This document shows positions 39,571 through 53,735 of a stretch of 64,000 nt of DNA, piece by piece (position 1 is the first letter of the stretch; every line of letters begins with the position of its first letter). The stretch is from the human T2T-CHM13v2.0 reference genome, Homo sapiens. The position numbers and the translations under genes were made by a program. The stretch lies in the NCBI RefSeq assembly GCF_009914755.1, contig NC_060931.1; one strand, 5' to 3'. The notes beneath the pieces were generated by a model that worked only from the letters and a program-made list of their open reading frames with translations, ran no database searches and was not told the DNA's origin.

Positions 39571-42500
39571 TGAGTGTCCGCCCTGGAGGGGAGCTGTGGT
39601 GTGTGGGCTCTCCCAGTAGCAGCCCTCTTTGTCTGAAGCTTGGTCACTGGAACTCTGGTTGAAGGTTGAATGAGGTGGCCTATTGCAGAGGAAAGAGCCC
39701 TGTCTCAGAAACAAGAGAGTTGGAACACCGAGCCTCACTCTGCCACCAAGGACCTTGGGCAGGTCTGTATCTTCTCGGAGCCTCAGTTTTTGCATCTGTA
39801 AGGTGGGTAACATTACAGCAAATATACAGCATTGTTGCTGTGAGTGTTAGATTAGATAAATGTGTAAAACACTTATCATTTTACATGGCAGGATGAAGGC
39901 ATGTTGGAGTTAGGGAATGTTAGTTTCCCTCCCTAAGAGGACGGGCAGGAGGGCCCTGGATAAAGTGTCATGACAAGGATCCTCCTTATAAATTAGGGAG
40001 AAGATGGAGGTGGCAGCCATAGCAGCTAACAGAGGTGGAAGCCATGAGAGAGGCCAGGCTGGGAGAGAGGAAACTTTCACTTTCACTCACTTAGCATGTT
40101 TCCAGGATATTGACCATGTCTGGCCCTAGGCTGGATCCAGGGGCTGACAGGTGAGACCACAGCAGCCCAGGCTGACATCTCCTCAAATGAACACCATGCC
40201 AGCTGGAGGTGCAAAGGCTCACTGGAGGCAGGAGGACCCCTTCAGCTAGGGAGGGTTGGGGTTTTGTTTTTGAACTGGGGTTTTAGGGGCAACTAAGATA
40301 GAAGAAATGTAGGCATGCCAGGTAGCTTGAAGGGTATCCCAGGTGGTGGGAACCCATGGGGAAGCACGGAGACAGGAAATCGTGAGCGGTGTGAAGGTCT
40401 AAGTCACGATTATCTTTTTCCCCAAAGGGAGACAAGCTGGATCTGTAGCTGCGCTGCATCCCGACGGCCTGCCCAGGTTTCCCGATTCCACGGGAACATT
40501 CTTCCTGGAGGAGTCCACAAGTCTTCTAGCCTAGAGCCATCTCCAAAATCCCTACAAAGCAACAAACGGTGTGACCCAGAGTCTCATTCTGAAATAGACT
40601 GAAGCTCTAGGGCCGCACAGAGGACCATTGACTGAAATCTCACAGTGGGCCCTGGGAGGGTCAGGGGACCCTGCAGAGAGCCTGGGCAGGGTCAGCCCAG
40701 GCCCAGAAGGCTTCTCAGAGGAGGTGATGCTGGCGGAGGCCTGCCTGTGTCCGTATCAGGAGAAAGCAATGTCAAGAACAGCAAGGTCGCTCACTCACTT
40801 CCTATTGTAGATCAGAGCTGGGAGTTTTCCTCAGATTACTTCTCACTAAGAAGACAGCCCTCTTCTCAGGCGCCGCTGCTGACATGTTTTGTTTTCCCCA
40901 GATGGGGATAATCAGCCTGTTTGGGAGTCGGGCTGACAGCTCAGGCAGCAGGCGGGGGCTGGGGGCGGGAGGCTGCAGGCAGCTCCGAGCTCTCAGGGAG
41001 CAGACTCTGCCCTGCCTGCGTGACAAGCTCCAGCAGGTGGGGGGGATTTCCGTTTGCGCCAAAGAGGAGCGGGCTGTAGAGTGATTTAGCTTAGTTATGT
41101 GAACCTTGAGAGGCTGCCCGACTCCTCTCCCCGTTTAATTTATGCTTGAGTGCCAGAGCTGAAGACCTTCAAGCCGTCCCCTGCTATACCGGAAGGGACC
41201 CATCAGGATCCTGGCTTGGAGCTTTGCTGGGTATTTCCAGACGTTCCACAGAAGGTGGGGACAGGGCTGGCTGTGCTCTCTCCCTCCCCTTCTCTGGGAA
41301 GACTTCCACATCTTCCCCATCCCTTCCTGATGGCCCCACCCCACCGTCTCCCAGCCCTAAGAGTCTCAGCCTCACCTTCCCACCCTTGCGCAGGCCCAGG
41401 TCTGGGCTCTTCACTGACTCATGTTTTGGAAGAAGGGGTAGAGTCACCCACCAGCCTCGGGGCTGTCTGAGGCAGGTCACAGTTGTTCTGAGGGCCGGAC
41501 CCCAGGGCCTTGGGCTGCTCAGCATTTCTAGGCACTGGGCTGGAAGGTTTGCATCCCAGACATAGCAGGGCTGAGGAACGGCTATGTTAGAATCACCTTG
41601 AGTGGAATAACCATGCCCACCTGAGGATCATGGGTCCCCTCCTGTGGGTGGGTCTCTGGAGGTCTGAGGAGGCCTGACACCTTCAGGCAGGCTGCAGTGG
41701 GCCCTTTTCTGTTCTTTCTCCCCCAGTCCCGCTTCAAGGAGGGACGACCAGGCCAGAGACAGCCTTCCTGAGAGACTTGCACCCTGCCCTCACCCAATAC
41801 ACAACTGATTTCCTTCTGTGTGGAATGAAGCCCGTGGACTTCCCATCTCCAAGGCCCAGCCAGCTCTCGGTTCTCTGGTTATGGGTCCCGCCTCCCAGTC
41901 TCAGCACTTCTTTTCTGACTCCCCACTGGGCCTAACACAGAGCCTAGCCTCTGCCTGTCAGTGCTTGCCCACTTACATCCTATGCACCCAGAGCTGGGAG
42001 CCTTCCTCAGACTCTGGGCCTACACAAGGCAGCTGCTCCCAAGGACAAGGGTTAATAGAGGTCTTTGATAGAGTCTGAGGTCTTTCCAGAGGGAAATTTA
42101 GCTCCCAGAGGGGCCTGGGTGGGGGCCTGAGAGACCTGGCCACAGACACCTATGAGCCCCTCTGACCATGTTCTTGGCTGCAGCCTCATGAGGCCATCAG
42201 GGCTCGGCGCGGGAGGCAGGGCCCGGGCTCTGTCCCCAGCTCCTGGCCACACACCTTCAGTGGCCATGAATCTGCCCTTCACCCCCTGCACCTCAGTTTC
42301 CTCGTCTGCCCCGCAGCATCCATGGGACTGCAGTAGTGTGTATATGCGGCTGTGGCCCCTGGGAGAGGCACCTCTGGGACCACTGGCCATCTGGCCCTCG
42401 GTAGCCGTGTGGCGCAGATTTCCTCCTCCGTGGTCTCCCGGGCAACGCGGAGCTGCCTGCCAAGCCTGCTGCCGGGCCTGGCTCCTGCACAGATCTTTAG

Positions 42501-43729
42501 TGCCACACAGAGATGGCTGATGGCAGGAGCCAGGGTGAGGCCCAGCCTCCCCAGCTGTCACAGGGAGCAAATCAGACAAAGGCTGAGTTGGGAGGGGTGG
42601 GGCGCCGGAGCCAGGGGGGCCTGGGAAAGTAGCTCGGAGGCCCCAGCTGCCCCCTCCCACCTCATCCTCCCAATACTGCCCTCTCAGTGACCCCTGCTTC
42701 CCAGAACACTCAGCCGTGGACCTCAGTTTCCCCATCTATCAAATGGGAGGGGCCAGGTCTCTGACCCTCCAGACTAATGGCCTAAGACAAGAACCCAGCC
42801 TGGATGACAGAGGCCTGAGGAATGGACATGCTTTGATGGCTAATGGCCTTCAGACAGATGCCCACACTGCCACTGCAGGACTTTGGAGGGTGCATGTTTC
42901 AAGGGCATTTATTAGCTAATGTCTCCAGGGCCATTTGCTCCAAACCACCCGCTGCTTCTCACTCCATGCCACTGGTGAGGACTCTTCTCCCAGGATGGCT
43001 TTGCCCTTGTAGTTTTTTCTGCCGCTCCCAGGACTTGCAGGCTCTGGAGGCTGGGCAGTTCTGTTTTAGATCACAGCCACTCCTGCATTGAGGCCACCAT
43101 TCCACCCCTGCCCCGAGTGAGACAGAAGCTGGAGCTGACCTTGGGACATGGGGTTGAAGGCAGGGTGTGCAGAGAGTAGAGAGTCCTGCAGACTGCTGCT
43201 TCTGTATGTGAGTAGCTGGGCAGGGAGGGCAGCACCCACAGACCAAGGATAAGGGAAGGAGGTGCTGTCCTACCTACAGCAGACCCCCAGGTCCAGAGCA
43301 GAGACCCAGGCATTCCCCCATCCAGGTTGGGTCCCACAAATGACCAAGAGGCTTTCAGCACTAGCAGGCACAACTGCTGCAGTGGGGAGCTCCCTTGGGA
43401 GGGGGCAGCTGGCACCATCAGGCAGCCAGATAGGCAAGGATGTTGTCGGGGGCCCCTTTTGTGAATTAGAATAAAAGACGCCCTCTCTTGGCAGTCATGG
43501 CCCTGCAGTGCATGGATTTCAGTCCCTCACACCTCCCTAGGGTGCCATCGAATGGAGCAGAACCTGAATTGCTGTATATAGCAGTCTGCCAAGCAGAATT
43601 GGAGAGGCAGCGAATCTTTGACCAAATACTGGAAAATCAAGGGAGGTTCCTGGCATGGTTGCCTGGGGAAGGCTTTGCTGACCTTGAGCCTGAGCCCCAG
43701 AGGCCAGTACAGAAAGGGCATGGGTTCAA

Positions 43730-44255
43730 CTCAACAAATATGAATTGAGAACACCTATCCAGTGCCTGGCACTCTTTCGGATGCTGGGAAGAGAGTGATA
43801 TCAAGATAGTTAAGGTCCCTGTGGTCTTGGAGCTTGTGTCTTAGAGGAAAGAGTCAGACAATAGTAACCTAGAAAAATTATCAGACAGCAAAGACTTCAA
43901 ACACAGGATGGATGGTGGGTGAAAGGTGATGTTAGATTTGGGGGTGGGGGGTAGGTATCTGGCAAGACCCACTGAGCTTTAAGCTGAGAACAGAGTGATA
44001 TGAAGGAATCAGCAAAGTAAGCATCAAGGGGAGGAGTGGGGCAAGTCAAGGGACCAGGTGGGAGAAGATTGCACTGAAGGCATGAACGTGGCCTTGTCCG
44101 GGAACTGAACAAGGAGGCTGGTAGGACTGGGGGATGCAGAGGAGAGAAGAGGGGATGCACTCTGGAGGCAGGGGCCAGATCTTGGGACTCAGTCACCCAC
44201 TGTGAGGGGTCTGGACTTTTTCCTCAGTGCAATGAGAAGCCATTTGAGGAACTGA
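43730..44255 (-). mobile_element. L2 3' fragment
   Basis: tcaactcaacaaatatgaattgagaacacctatccagtgcctggcac...tcagtgcaatgagaagccatttgagg. Confidence 0.8.
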
Positions 44256-44274
44256 CCCAGAAGCGACTCTAGAA

Positions 44275-44486
44275 CAATGATTCTCAATCGGGTGTTATCC
44301 TCGCAACTCCCAGGGATTTTTAGCAATGTCAACAGAGGGTGAGGGTAGGAGTGGTACTGGCAGCTGGTGGGTAGAGGCCAGGGACACTGCTAAACATTCT
44401 GCGACGCACAGGGCAGACAGCTCTCCACTCCCAACAAAGAATTATCTGAACCCAAATGTCAGTAATACCGAGGTTGAGAAACTCTG
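44275..44486 (+). mobile_element. MER20 (hAT-Charlie)
   Basis: caatgattctcaa...tggtgggtagaggccagggacactgctaaacat...gaggttgagaaactctg; 8-bp TSD ctctagaa/ctctagat. Confidence 0.9.
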
Positions 44487-44621
44487 CTCTAGATGTTGGT
44501 GTCCCCCGGGTCCTTGCTCTTTTAGAATAACCCAGGGTCACTGTACTCCAGCCTGTGGCTCTTTCTATATATACTCTGGGTTCAAATTTTATCTTCACCG
44601 CTTGTCCAAAATGTCAACGGT

Positions 44622-44942
<321 letters not shown>

Positions 44943-44968
44943 TCAACGGTGCAGAGGTTGAGAAACTA

Positions 44969-45614
<646 letters not shown>

Positions 45615-45873
45615 AGTTGACTAGTGATAATACTCATCGTACCAGTTCCTATGTCCCAGCACTGTTCTGTTTTATGCACGTCACTTAGTTTTCACAACAA
45701 TCTCATAAGGGAGATATTGTTACTATTTTTCGGCTTATATATGAGGGGGCTATGGCCCTGAGAGGTTAAGTAACCTGCCCAAGGCCACACAGGGAGTAAG
45801 CATAGAGTTGGTTCCAGGGTCTGGATGTCCTGAGGATGGTGGCTTGGCTATGATGAAAATGGTGGCGACAGAG

Positions 45874-46292
45874 TGATAGAGTTTGGATGTTCGTTCCCTC
45901 CAAATCTCATGTTGAAATGTGATCCTCAATGTTAGAGGTGGGGCCTGGTGGGAGGTGTTTGTGTCATGGGGGCAGATCCCACATGAATGGCTCCATGGCC
46001 TCCCCATGGTAATGAGTGAGTTCTGGCTCTGTTAGTTCACTTGGAGGCTGGTTATTTCAAGGTACCTGGCATTTCCTCCTCTCTCTCTTGCTCCCTCCCT
46101 CGCCATGTGACACGCTTGCTCCTCCTTCCCCTTCCGCCATGACAGGAAGCTTCCTGAGGCCTCACCAGAAGCAGGTGCTGATGCCATGCTTCTTTTACAA
46201 CCTGCAGAACTGAGAGCCAAATAAACCTCTTTTCTTTAGAAATTACCCAGCCTCAGGTACTCCTTTATAGCAATACAAAATGGACTAACACA
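45874..46292 (+). mobile_element. MSTB solo LTR
   Basis: tgatagagtttggatgttcgttccctccaaatctcatgttgaa...aaatggactaacaca; TSD cagag/tggag. Confidence 0.9.
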
Positions 46293-46329
46293 TGGAGAGA
46301 GGGGAGATGGTTCAGGGTCCGCAGGGGCT

Positions 46330-46830
46330 CCTCAGGACTCACAGATGGAGTGGGCGTGGTGATGTGTAAGGGAAGGGAAGAAGGCAAGAACACTCAGTAG
46401 GGCTTTGCTGTGAACAGCGAGGTGGGGGGTGATGTCTTTGGCTGAGATGGGGAAGCTGGGGGTGGTATAGCCTTGGAAGAAGAGCTGCAGAGTTCTGTGT
46501 CGGTCCTGCTAAGTTTGAGATGACTATAGACATATAAGAAAGCAGCTGGATTTGCAGAGAGACACCAGGGGTGGAGAGAGACATTTGGGGGTCAGCCTTA
46601 GTACATTGACAGAATTTAAAGCCATGAGGAATGTGATCACCTAGAGAAATTGTAGATGTTGGAGAGAAGGTTGCTAAGACAGAGCCTGAAGCACACCAGC
46701 AGTTAGAGGATGAGCCATGGAGAAGGATCAATGCAGGAGGCTGGGAGAGAGACTCCAGTGAGGCAAAAGGAAGACCAGGCATGAGAAGAAGTATCTCAAG
46801 TGGGAGGGTGTGGTCAGTTTCCAGGCTCAC
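46330..46830 (-). mobile_element. L2 fragment
   Basis: ctgagatggggaag...tgctaagtttgagatgactatagacat...atttaaagccatgagg. Confidence 0.8.
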
Positions 46831-49105
46831 TCACATTTTGCCTGTGAGCCTCTGGCTGGTTGGAGCAAGATAGCAGCAGGGCTCATTGACCCAAGGTAGG
46901 GCATCTGGGGAGCTGGGCTCATTTCTGGGCCCAAGGCCTGCAGGTTGGCCAGCTTCATGCTGAGCCCCTGCAGCTAGGCATTTCAGCTAGGCTCCTCCTG
47001 AAAAGACACGGAGGAGCAGGAGAGTGTCAAGTGGCCCAGCTGAGGCAAGAGGAAGGCCCTGAGGTGTGGGCAGGGTGGCCCAGGTGGCTCATTTGAAGCA
47101 GCTAACCCTACCTGCTTCAAAGTGACTTCTGTACTTAAGATAAACTTAGCTCCTACATATCCTTCTTTTGGGTGAAGACAAAAGACACAGGGAAGGTCTA
47201 GGGAGAATCAGGCCCACAATGGGTGGATGGGGGACTCCCTCCCCTGATCTCTCTTAAACATGTCAACCCTATCTCCCCTAGACTACGCCTTCTTTCTTAG
47301 GCCATAAGAGAAGTTTCTCCACCTTGTAAAAGCCCCACACATTCAGCTCTGGGCTCTGACAGAGTTTGGGGTTCAGGACATGAGGGGAGAGGTGGGTAGA
47401 AACTCTGATCTGAGCTTTTTGTGTCATGACCCTGGCACTAGAAGCTTCCAGTTGGCCCCCATCCCTCACTCCAGCTGTCTCTCAGCTGATTCACAAGGTC
47501 TCTGTCTCCAGGAATCTGTTCTCTGCAGCACGTGTTTCTGGTCTGGCATCTGCTCACTGCCACCTGGATCCTGGCACCACTCGACCTGGCTTTTGTCCTC
47601 AGTCTGCCCACTCTTGGCTACCTTGGGCACCCCCCACCTCCAGCCCCAGCCTGGTTTTGTCTCTCCCACCTCCTCCTTGGATCTGCCATTCCAGCTTACC
47701 AGCCTCTGTGCGTTCCCTGTCACTAATTTCCCCATCAGCAGCTTGCCTTCAACCACACTGCCCGCAGAACCAAGTGCTTTGTCGATGAAAAAGCCCTCTG
47801 GGGGCAAACACAGGAAATTAAAGACTCTGCACATAGTAAGAAAATCCATTCTCTTTCATGGATTTCTGCAGTCCAATTGCTTCTACTTCTGCTGAGTGGC
47901 TGGGATCTTCTGGTCACTCACACCCATGGGGGCTGGCCAGTGGGGGTGATGTTAACAAGGAGGGCTTCTGTCTGAGATTCCATCATCCACAGTTCATGTC
48001 TTTGGGGCATGGAGGCTGCCTCCTGCATCACTAGGGTACCTATGGCAGGAGAGCACCTTAGGATCACTGTCAGAGGCAAACACCTAGAGTGGATGTGTTG
48101 TTGGCTGAGAGAGAATGTGTCCTGCTGGAGGAGAGGTGCACAAGTCCAACCTAGCTTTGTGTTCTGAGAGGAATGTGCTAAGGGAACAGCCTTCTACAGG
48201 GAGAAGAAGGAACCACCCATCATGTGTTCTACTCCCAGCAGGTTAGTACTTTTCACCCTCTTGTCTAAAAAATAAAGGGGCTTGGATCAGATGGTGTTTA
48301 AGGTCCCTTCCAGGTATAATTTATTCAGCAAACATGGGTGAAGCTCTATCCATGTGCCAGAACTTTCAGGAGCCTCAACTAATTGTGCCCTGGGCCCCAA
48401 ATCAAACAGGCAGAAGTTGCCTCTCTCTTACCTCCCAGGGCCAACCCCTGTGGAGAGGCCAGGCTCAGGTCGCAGCCCGGAGAACAAGCTCATTGGCCTC
48501 GATGTTTGAAAGCCCTTGAACCACAAAGGGGCCTCAGGGACACTCAGATCAGGCTGGCATCTTCTCTGAGAACTCCAAGACCCCATGAAGGGCACTTCAA
48601 CACCTTGGCCAGGCTCTGAACACAGAGGTGGAGGCTTGGTCACCAAGAAGGCAGGCCAGGTGCTGGGAGAGGAAGTCAGGCAACTCCCTTAAGGTAGCTG
48701 GGCAGAGCACAGGGAAACACAACCTCAGATTGAGATTCTCCCTGCTCCCCTCGACCCCAAAGAAGGAAAGAGCAGGGCCTGGGCAGATGGGAAATGGAAG
48801 ACTCCTTGAAGTTACTTAGGACCTGCCAGTGTGTCCCAGTGGAGGGACTGGGAGCTGAGGTTGCAGCCAGCCCTGGGAGAATCTTTCAACTCAAGGATCT
48901 GGGTGGTGGCCACAGTACAGACACTGGGAGAGCAATTCCTACAGGGCAGGATAGGCAATCCTGGTCCCAGAGGCACAGCAGCAGGGGAAGAAGGAGGGGC
49001 TGGAGAACCAGTAGGCATCAGGGTAGGGGCTCAGCAGCCAATTATCCAAGTCTGCCTGGACATGGGATCCAGGAGCCCACCTATTCATCCATACATCTAC
49101 CCACC

Positions 49106-49477
49106 TGCCTTAGTCATTTGTGCTGCTATAACAAAATACTTGAGGCTGGGTCATTTCCAAATAATGAAAATTTATTCCTCACAGTTCTGGAGGCTGAAAG
49201 TCCAAGAGTAAGGCACTGGAAGATTCGGGGTCTGGTGAAGCCTGGCTCTCTGCTTCTAAGATGATGCCTTGCTGCTGTGTCCTCCTGTGGTGGAAGGCAG
49301 AGGGCAAAAAGGACTAGGGCACCCCCTTCAACCTCTTTTATAAGGTAACTAATCCCATTCATGAGGGCTCCACCCTCATGACTTAATCACCTCCTAAAGG
49401 TCCCACCTCTTAGTACTATCACATTGGCAATTAAGTTTCAACAAATGAATTCTGGGGGACACGTTCAGACCACAGTA
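49106..49477 (-). mobile_element. MSTD/MLT1A-like solo LTR
   Basis: tgccttagtcatttgtgctgctataacaaaatac...catgagggctccaccctcatgacttaatcacctcc...ttcagaccacagta; TSD ccacc/ctacc. Confidence 0.85.
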
Positions 49478-51007
49478 CTACCCATCCAATAAATGTTTTC
49501 TTCTAGGCTTTCCTTTCCTCCCCATTCCCATAGTGCTCCTGCCCAGTGGGTGCCTCCCACACCCACCCACCACAGGCATGATTCTCTCTAGACTTTCCCT
49601 GTGTCAGACAGGTCCTCCTAGCCCTGTGTCTGCTCTTTCACATCTGATCCTAGCAGCCTAGGTGGATAACCAGCTGCTCACACTTGTGGATGGTCAGCCC
49701 AGCTCTGTCTCACAAAGTCCTCACCCCTACAAGCCACAAAGCTGCTGGACATCTCACTGTTACAGCACGTTGACAGTCTTCTGGGGCTATACTTGGGCCA
49801 CACTGAAGGTTTACATGATTAAATTTAAATGAAGAAGAGGAACAAATATATTGTGAACATCTAATCTAGGTCAGATTTTTTGCAAGTTTACTCACAGCCC
49901 TCTGAATTTGGTATAATCCTGCTAACAACAAAAGTAACTAATATTTACTATTGACTACTACTATATTCTAGGCATTAGCTGAGTAATCTGTAGATGAAGA
50001 AACAGGCTCAGAAAGGATAAGCAATTAGTAACTTTCCCAGTGGCACATAACCAGAGGGTGGCAACGCTGACATTCAAAACTGGGTCTGGATGACCCTTTG
50101 GAAAATCCTTCTGGTGGGCCTCCCTGCATCCTCCCTTTCCCACTGGCCCTAGCTCTGTAAATCACGGCCTCCTCCTGACCTAAATGCTATGGGCTTTTTC
50201 CCTTCTGGGCTTTCACTCGTGTCTGGCACATTCTTCTGTAAGCTCCCTAAGAGCAGCAGGGACTTTATAGACCCCTTCATCTCTCTGTCTCTCTCTCTTG
50301 CTCTTCTGTCCACTCTAATCCAAAGAACAGTAGAGGTAGGTCCAGTGAAAGGTACTTCATAAATTCTTATTGTCTCATTAATGACTTTGATGCTCACGAA
50401 AAACCTACCTTCTTGGTAGTGTTGAGCATAGCTATTCCATTTTATAGATGAGCAAGTTGAGGTCCAGGAAAACAAACAAAAAAACTGGCTGGTCAGATAA
50501 TAAGTAAGTGGTAGATGTCCCTGAGTGCTCATCTGTGTGTTTGCAGTGCAGCCTGACCTGGCACTTGAAGACAGGGCCATCAGCTGCAGTGACAGACATT
50601 TGTGGTCTTGCCCTGGGCAGGGGCTCCTTCCCAGGAGGGCGAGTGGAGCTCACTCCCTGTCAGCCTGTGGCCAGGTCAGCTGTGAAGACCAGAGCAGCTT
50701 CCTAGTGGCCAGGAGGCAGCCCTGGGAGGGAGGGAGGAGACAGAGCAGTGCTGTCACTCCAAGGCCCTGTCTGAGAGGACTACTGTGCTTCCTATCTGGC
50801 TTTCCTTGCCACAGTCCATATGGGGACTGTGCTGGGGATGGCTGGACAGTTGCTACGTGTCACCCGCTCTTTCTCACATCCCAGCAGGGCCCAGGAGATG
50901 TGAGAGGCACTGCAATTGATGAGACCTGAAGACTGATTCATTTCTCACTCTATCCTTCCTCCCTGGGCCATCTTATCCACTCCCATGATTTCAATTACCA
51001 TCCATAC

Positions 51008-51173
51008 CAGTGGTTCTCAGCCCTGGCTGCATGCTAGAATCACCTGGGGAGCTTTTAAAAACATGTCCATGCCAGGCCCCCTTCCCAGACCTGATAAACT
51101 CAGAATCTCTGGGTTGGGACCGAGGTGTCAGGATTTACCAAGTTCTCCTGTGCAGTCAGAGTTGAGAACCGCA
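51008..51173. mobile_element. MER5A (hAT-Charlie)
   Basis: cagtggttctcagccctggctgcatgctagaatcacctggggagctttt...gttgagaacc. Confidence 0.85.
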
Positions 51174-51184
51174 GATTAATTCAC

Positions 51185-52595
51185 CCTCTGATTGCACTTT
51201 CTTCCAACTCCCATCTCTCTTCTGAGCACCCTGCCTGCTCCCTTGATGTTTCTCCCTGTGTTCCCCTCAAGGTACCTCCAACTTACTTGCCCAAGTCATA
51301 ATCTCTACCACCACTGCCTCGCTCCATCTCAAAGCCTGTTTCTCTGACCAGGACTCCCTGTGTCAATGAACATGACCACCGCACATCCAGTGGTGTAAGA
51401 CAGGGACCTTAGGACCAGCCGGCCTTCCCTCTCTTTTCCATCATCTTCATGTGTAATCCACCACTCTGTGAATATTTGATTCAGCAGCTGTAGCAGAGAG
51501 ACCCAAAATAGCAGTGCCCAAACAAAATAGAAATTGCTTTCTTCCTCACATAAAAATGTGAGTAGGCAATTCAGGGCTGGTATGCCAGTTCCGTAATCAC
51601 GGGTTTGGGCAGCGGTGGGGTTGGGTGGGCGTGGGGGGCTCCTGCTAAGTCACATGGCTTTGCTCTCCTTACAAAGCAGCTTCCTCCTCTTTGCCCAAGA
51701 TTGTTGCCCTAGTTCCCACCATCGCGTCGCCATTCCAGCCAGTGGGGAGAGAAAAGGGAAAGTGGAGGCCATACCCCTCCCTTCAGAGGCACAAACTAGA
51801 TGTTGTTCCTATCACTCCTGCTCACACCCCACTGCCCTGAATTTAGTCACGACTCACACCTGGCTGCAAGGGAATCTGGGAACTGTAGTCCTGCTGGCTT
51901 TATCTCCTAAGGTGGTCTCCAGTTCCTCCATCTCTCTCTACCTCTCCCACCATTCCATTAGTCAAAACCATAGTCTTTTGCCTCACCTACTGCAACAAGC
52001 TTCCTTATTGATTTCCCTGCATCCTTCAATCCGATTTTTCCCCTGCATCCTGGGTGATATTTTTAAAATGCAAATGAGGCTTCCTCATGTGTTCAGCAGC
52101 TTCCCACTAGTCTGAGGTAAAGCCCCAGGCCTTGATGGGCCCTGGGCCTGACCTGGCCCTCCGGCCTCAAATCCAACCTCTCTCCCTTGCTCTCTGTCCT
52201 CCAGCCATGCTGGTCTGAGTCCAGTGGGTTGAGTGCTTGGTGCCTCCCTCTCTACTCACAGCTTGCTCTTGTTTCTTACTCTTCTGCAGTATCCCCACCC
52301 TCTCTGTGCCCACCCAACTCCCAGCTCCCTTTACTTGTTCTTCAGATCTGAGATAAACTGACTATTTCTTTGGGAAGCCTCCCTGACCCTTGGGTAAGAT
52401 CAGGATGTCTTGTTACATAGGTTTATGGCATTCTATTCTTTATTTCACTATCACAGGTTGTTTTACATTATTTGTGTGATTATTGTTTCAATTCTGTGTA
52501 CTGCATCTGACTATAAGCTTCAGGAGGGCAGGGACCATTGCGACCTCAGTGGTTGGCACTGTGCCTGGCCCACGGGAAGCCTGTGCTAAATGCTC
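51185..52595 (+). mobile_element. L2 3' region interrupted by an MLT1
   Basis: ctccagccatgctgg...gggaagcctccctgacc...gactataagcttcaggagggcagggacc. Confidence 0.75.
51478..51892 (-). mobile_element. MLT1K/J-like LTR
   Basis: agagacccaaaatagcagtg...cattccagccagtgggg...cacacctggctgcaagggaatctgggaactgtagtc. Confidence 0.7.
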
Positions 52596-53436
52596 GTTGC
52601 TCAGGTGAATCATGAGGGCTGGAGAAGTATGAAGAATGACTCCCAGGTTTCCAGTTTACCCAGGAGATGAATGTGGTACCATCTGTGGAGGTGGAACACG
52701 GCGGGTGCAGATCCTGTGTCCAGTGTTGCAAAGACCGAGCTGGATGTGTCTGTGAAGCCACTGGGGTCAACAGGTGCTGGACATGGCTCTGGACCTCTGG
52801 GGAGATGTCCTATTTCAACCAGCTGACATTGGATTCTTGATCTGGACCCAGGTTATCAAGGGTCAAGGCTGCTAAGAGGGCAGCCATTCAGAAGGTCTTG
52901 GCATGTGTCTGACATTAGATGGAAGGAATCTGGGAACTGGGAGCTACTCTAATTCTTACTGAATTCTAATCTTGAAAGGTCCTGTTCTGAGCCCTTCAGA
53001 TGGTCAAGGAAGCCAAGGTTCTGAGTAGCAAGCACAGTGAGCACAGGAGGACTGGATCTGTGCTCCCCCTCCTGTGTAACATTGCACACTTCCCACCACA
53101 AGTTCAAATCCATGAGCAGTCTAGCTCAGCAAACACTCATGGAATGTCCACTGAATACCAGGCCTGTGGGATGGGTGATGATGGCTGTGGTAGTGGCAGA
53201 GTAGTGGCAGTAGTAATAGCTACTGTTTATAAGGTAGATTCACACCAAATACCATCCTAGGCATTATAACATTTAAACACACTTAATCTTCACAGCAACC
53301 CTATGTGCCATTATTCTTCACATTTTACAGCTGGGAAAACTGAGGCAATAAAAAATTAAAAACAAGATCACAGCTAGTGAGTGGCAAGAAATGAAAAGAA
53401 AGACTATAGTCCCTTTGCTTAAAAAAGTTTAGAGGT

Positions 53437-53735
53437 GGCCAGGCGCGGTGGCTCACGCCTGTAGTCCCAGCACTTTGGGAGGCTGAGGCAGGTGGATCAC
53501 GAGGTCAGGAGATCGAGACCATCCTGGCTAACACGGTGAAACCCCATCTCTACTAAAAATACAAAAAATTAGCCAGGTGTGGTAGTGGGTGCCTGTAGTC
53601 CCAGTTACTTGGAAGGCTGAGGCAGGAGAATGGCATGAACCCAGGAAGCAGAGCTTGTAGTCAGCCGAGATTGCGCCACTGCACTCCAGCGTGGGTGACA
53701 GAGCAAGACTCCATCCCACCCCTCCAAAAAAAAAA
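53437..53735 (+). mobile_element. AluY
   Basis: ggatcacgaggtcaggagatcgagaccatcctggctaacacgg...gagaatggcatgaaccc. Confidence 0.92.

Noticed and set aside
42052-42735. 227-aa minus-strand ORF
   Set aside because: Begins in a MIR core (MGKLR); GC-rich stop avoidance with overlapping ORFs on both strands.
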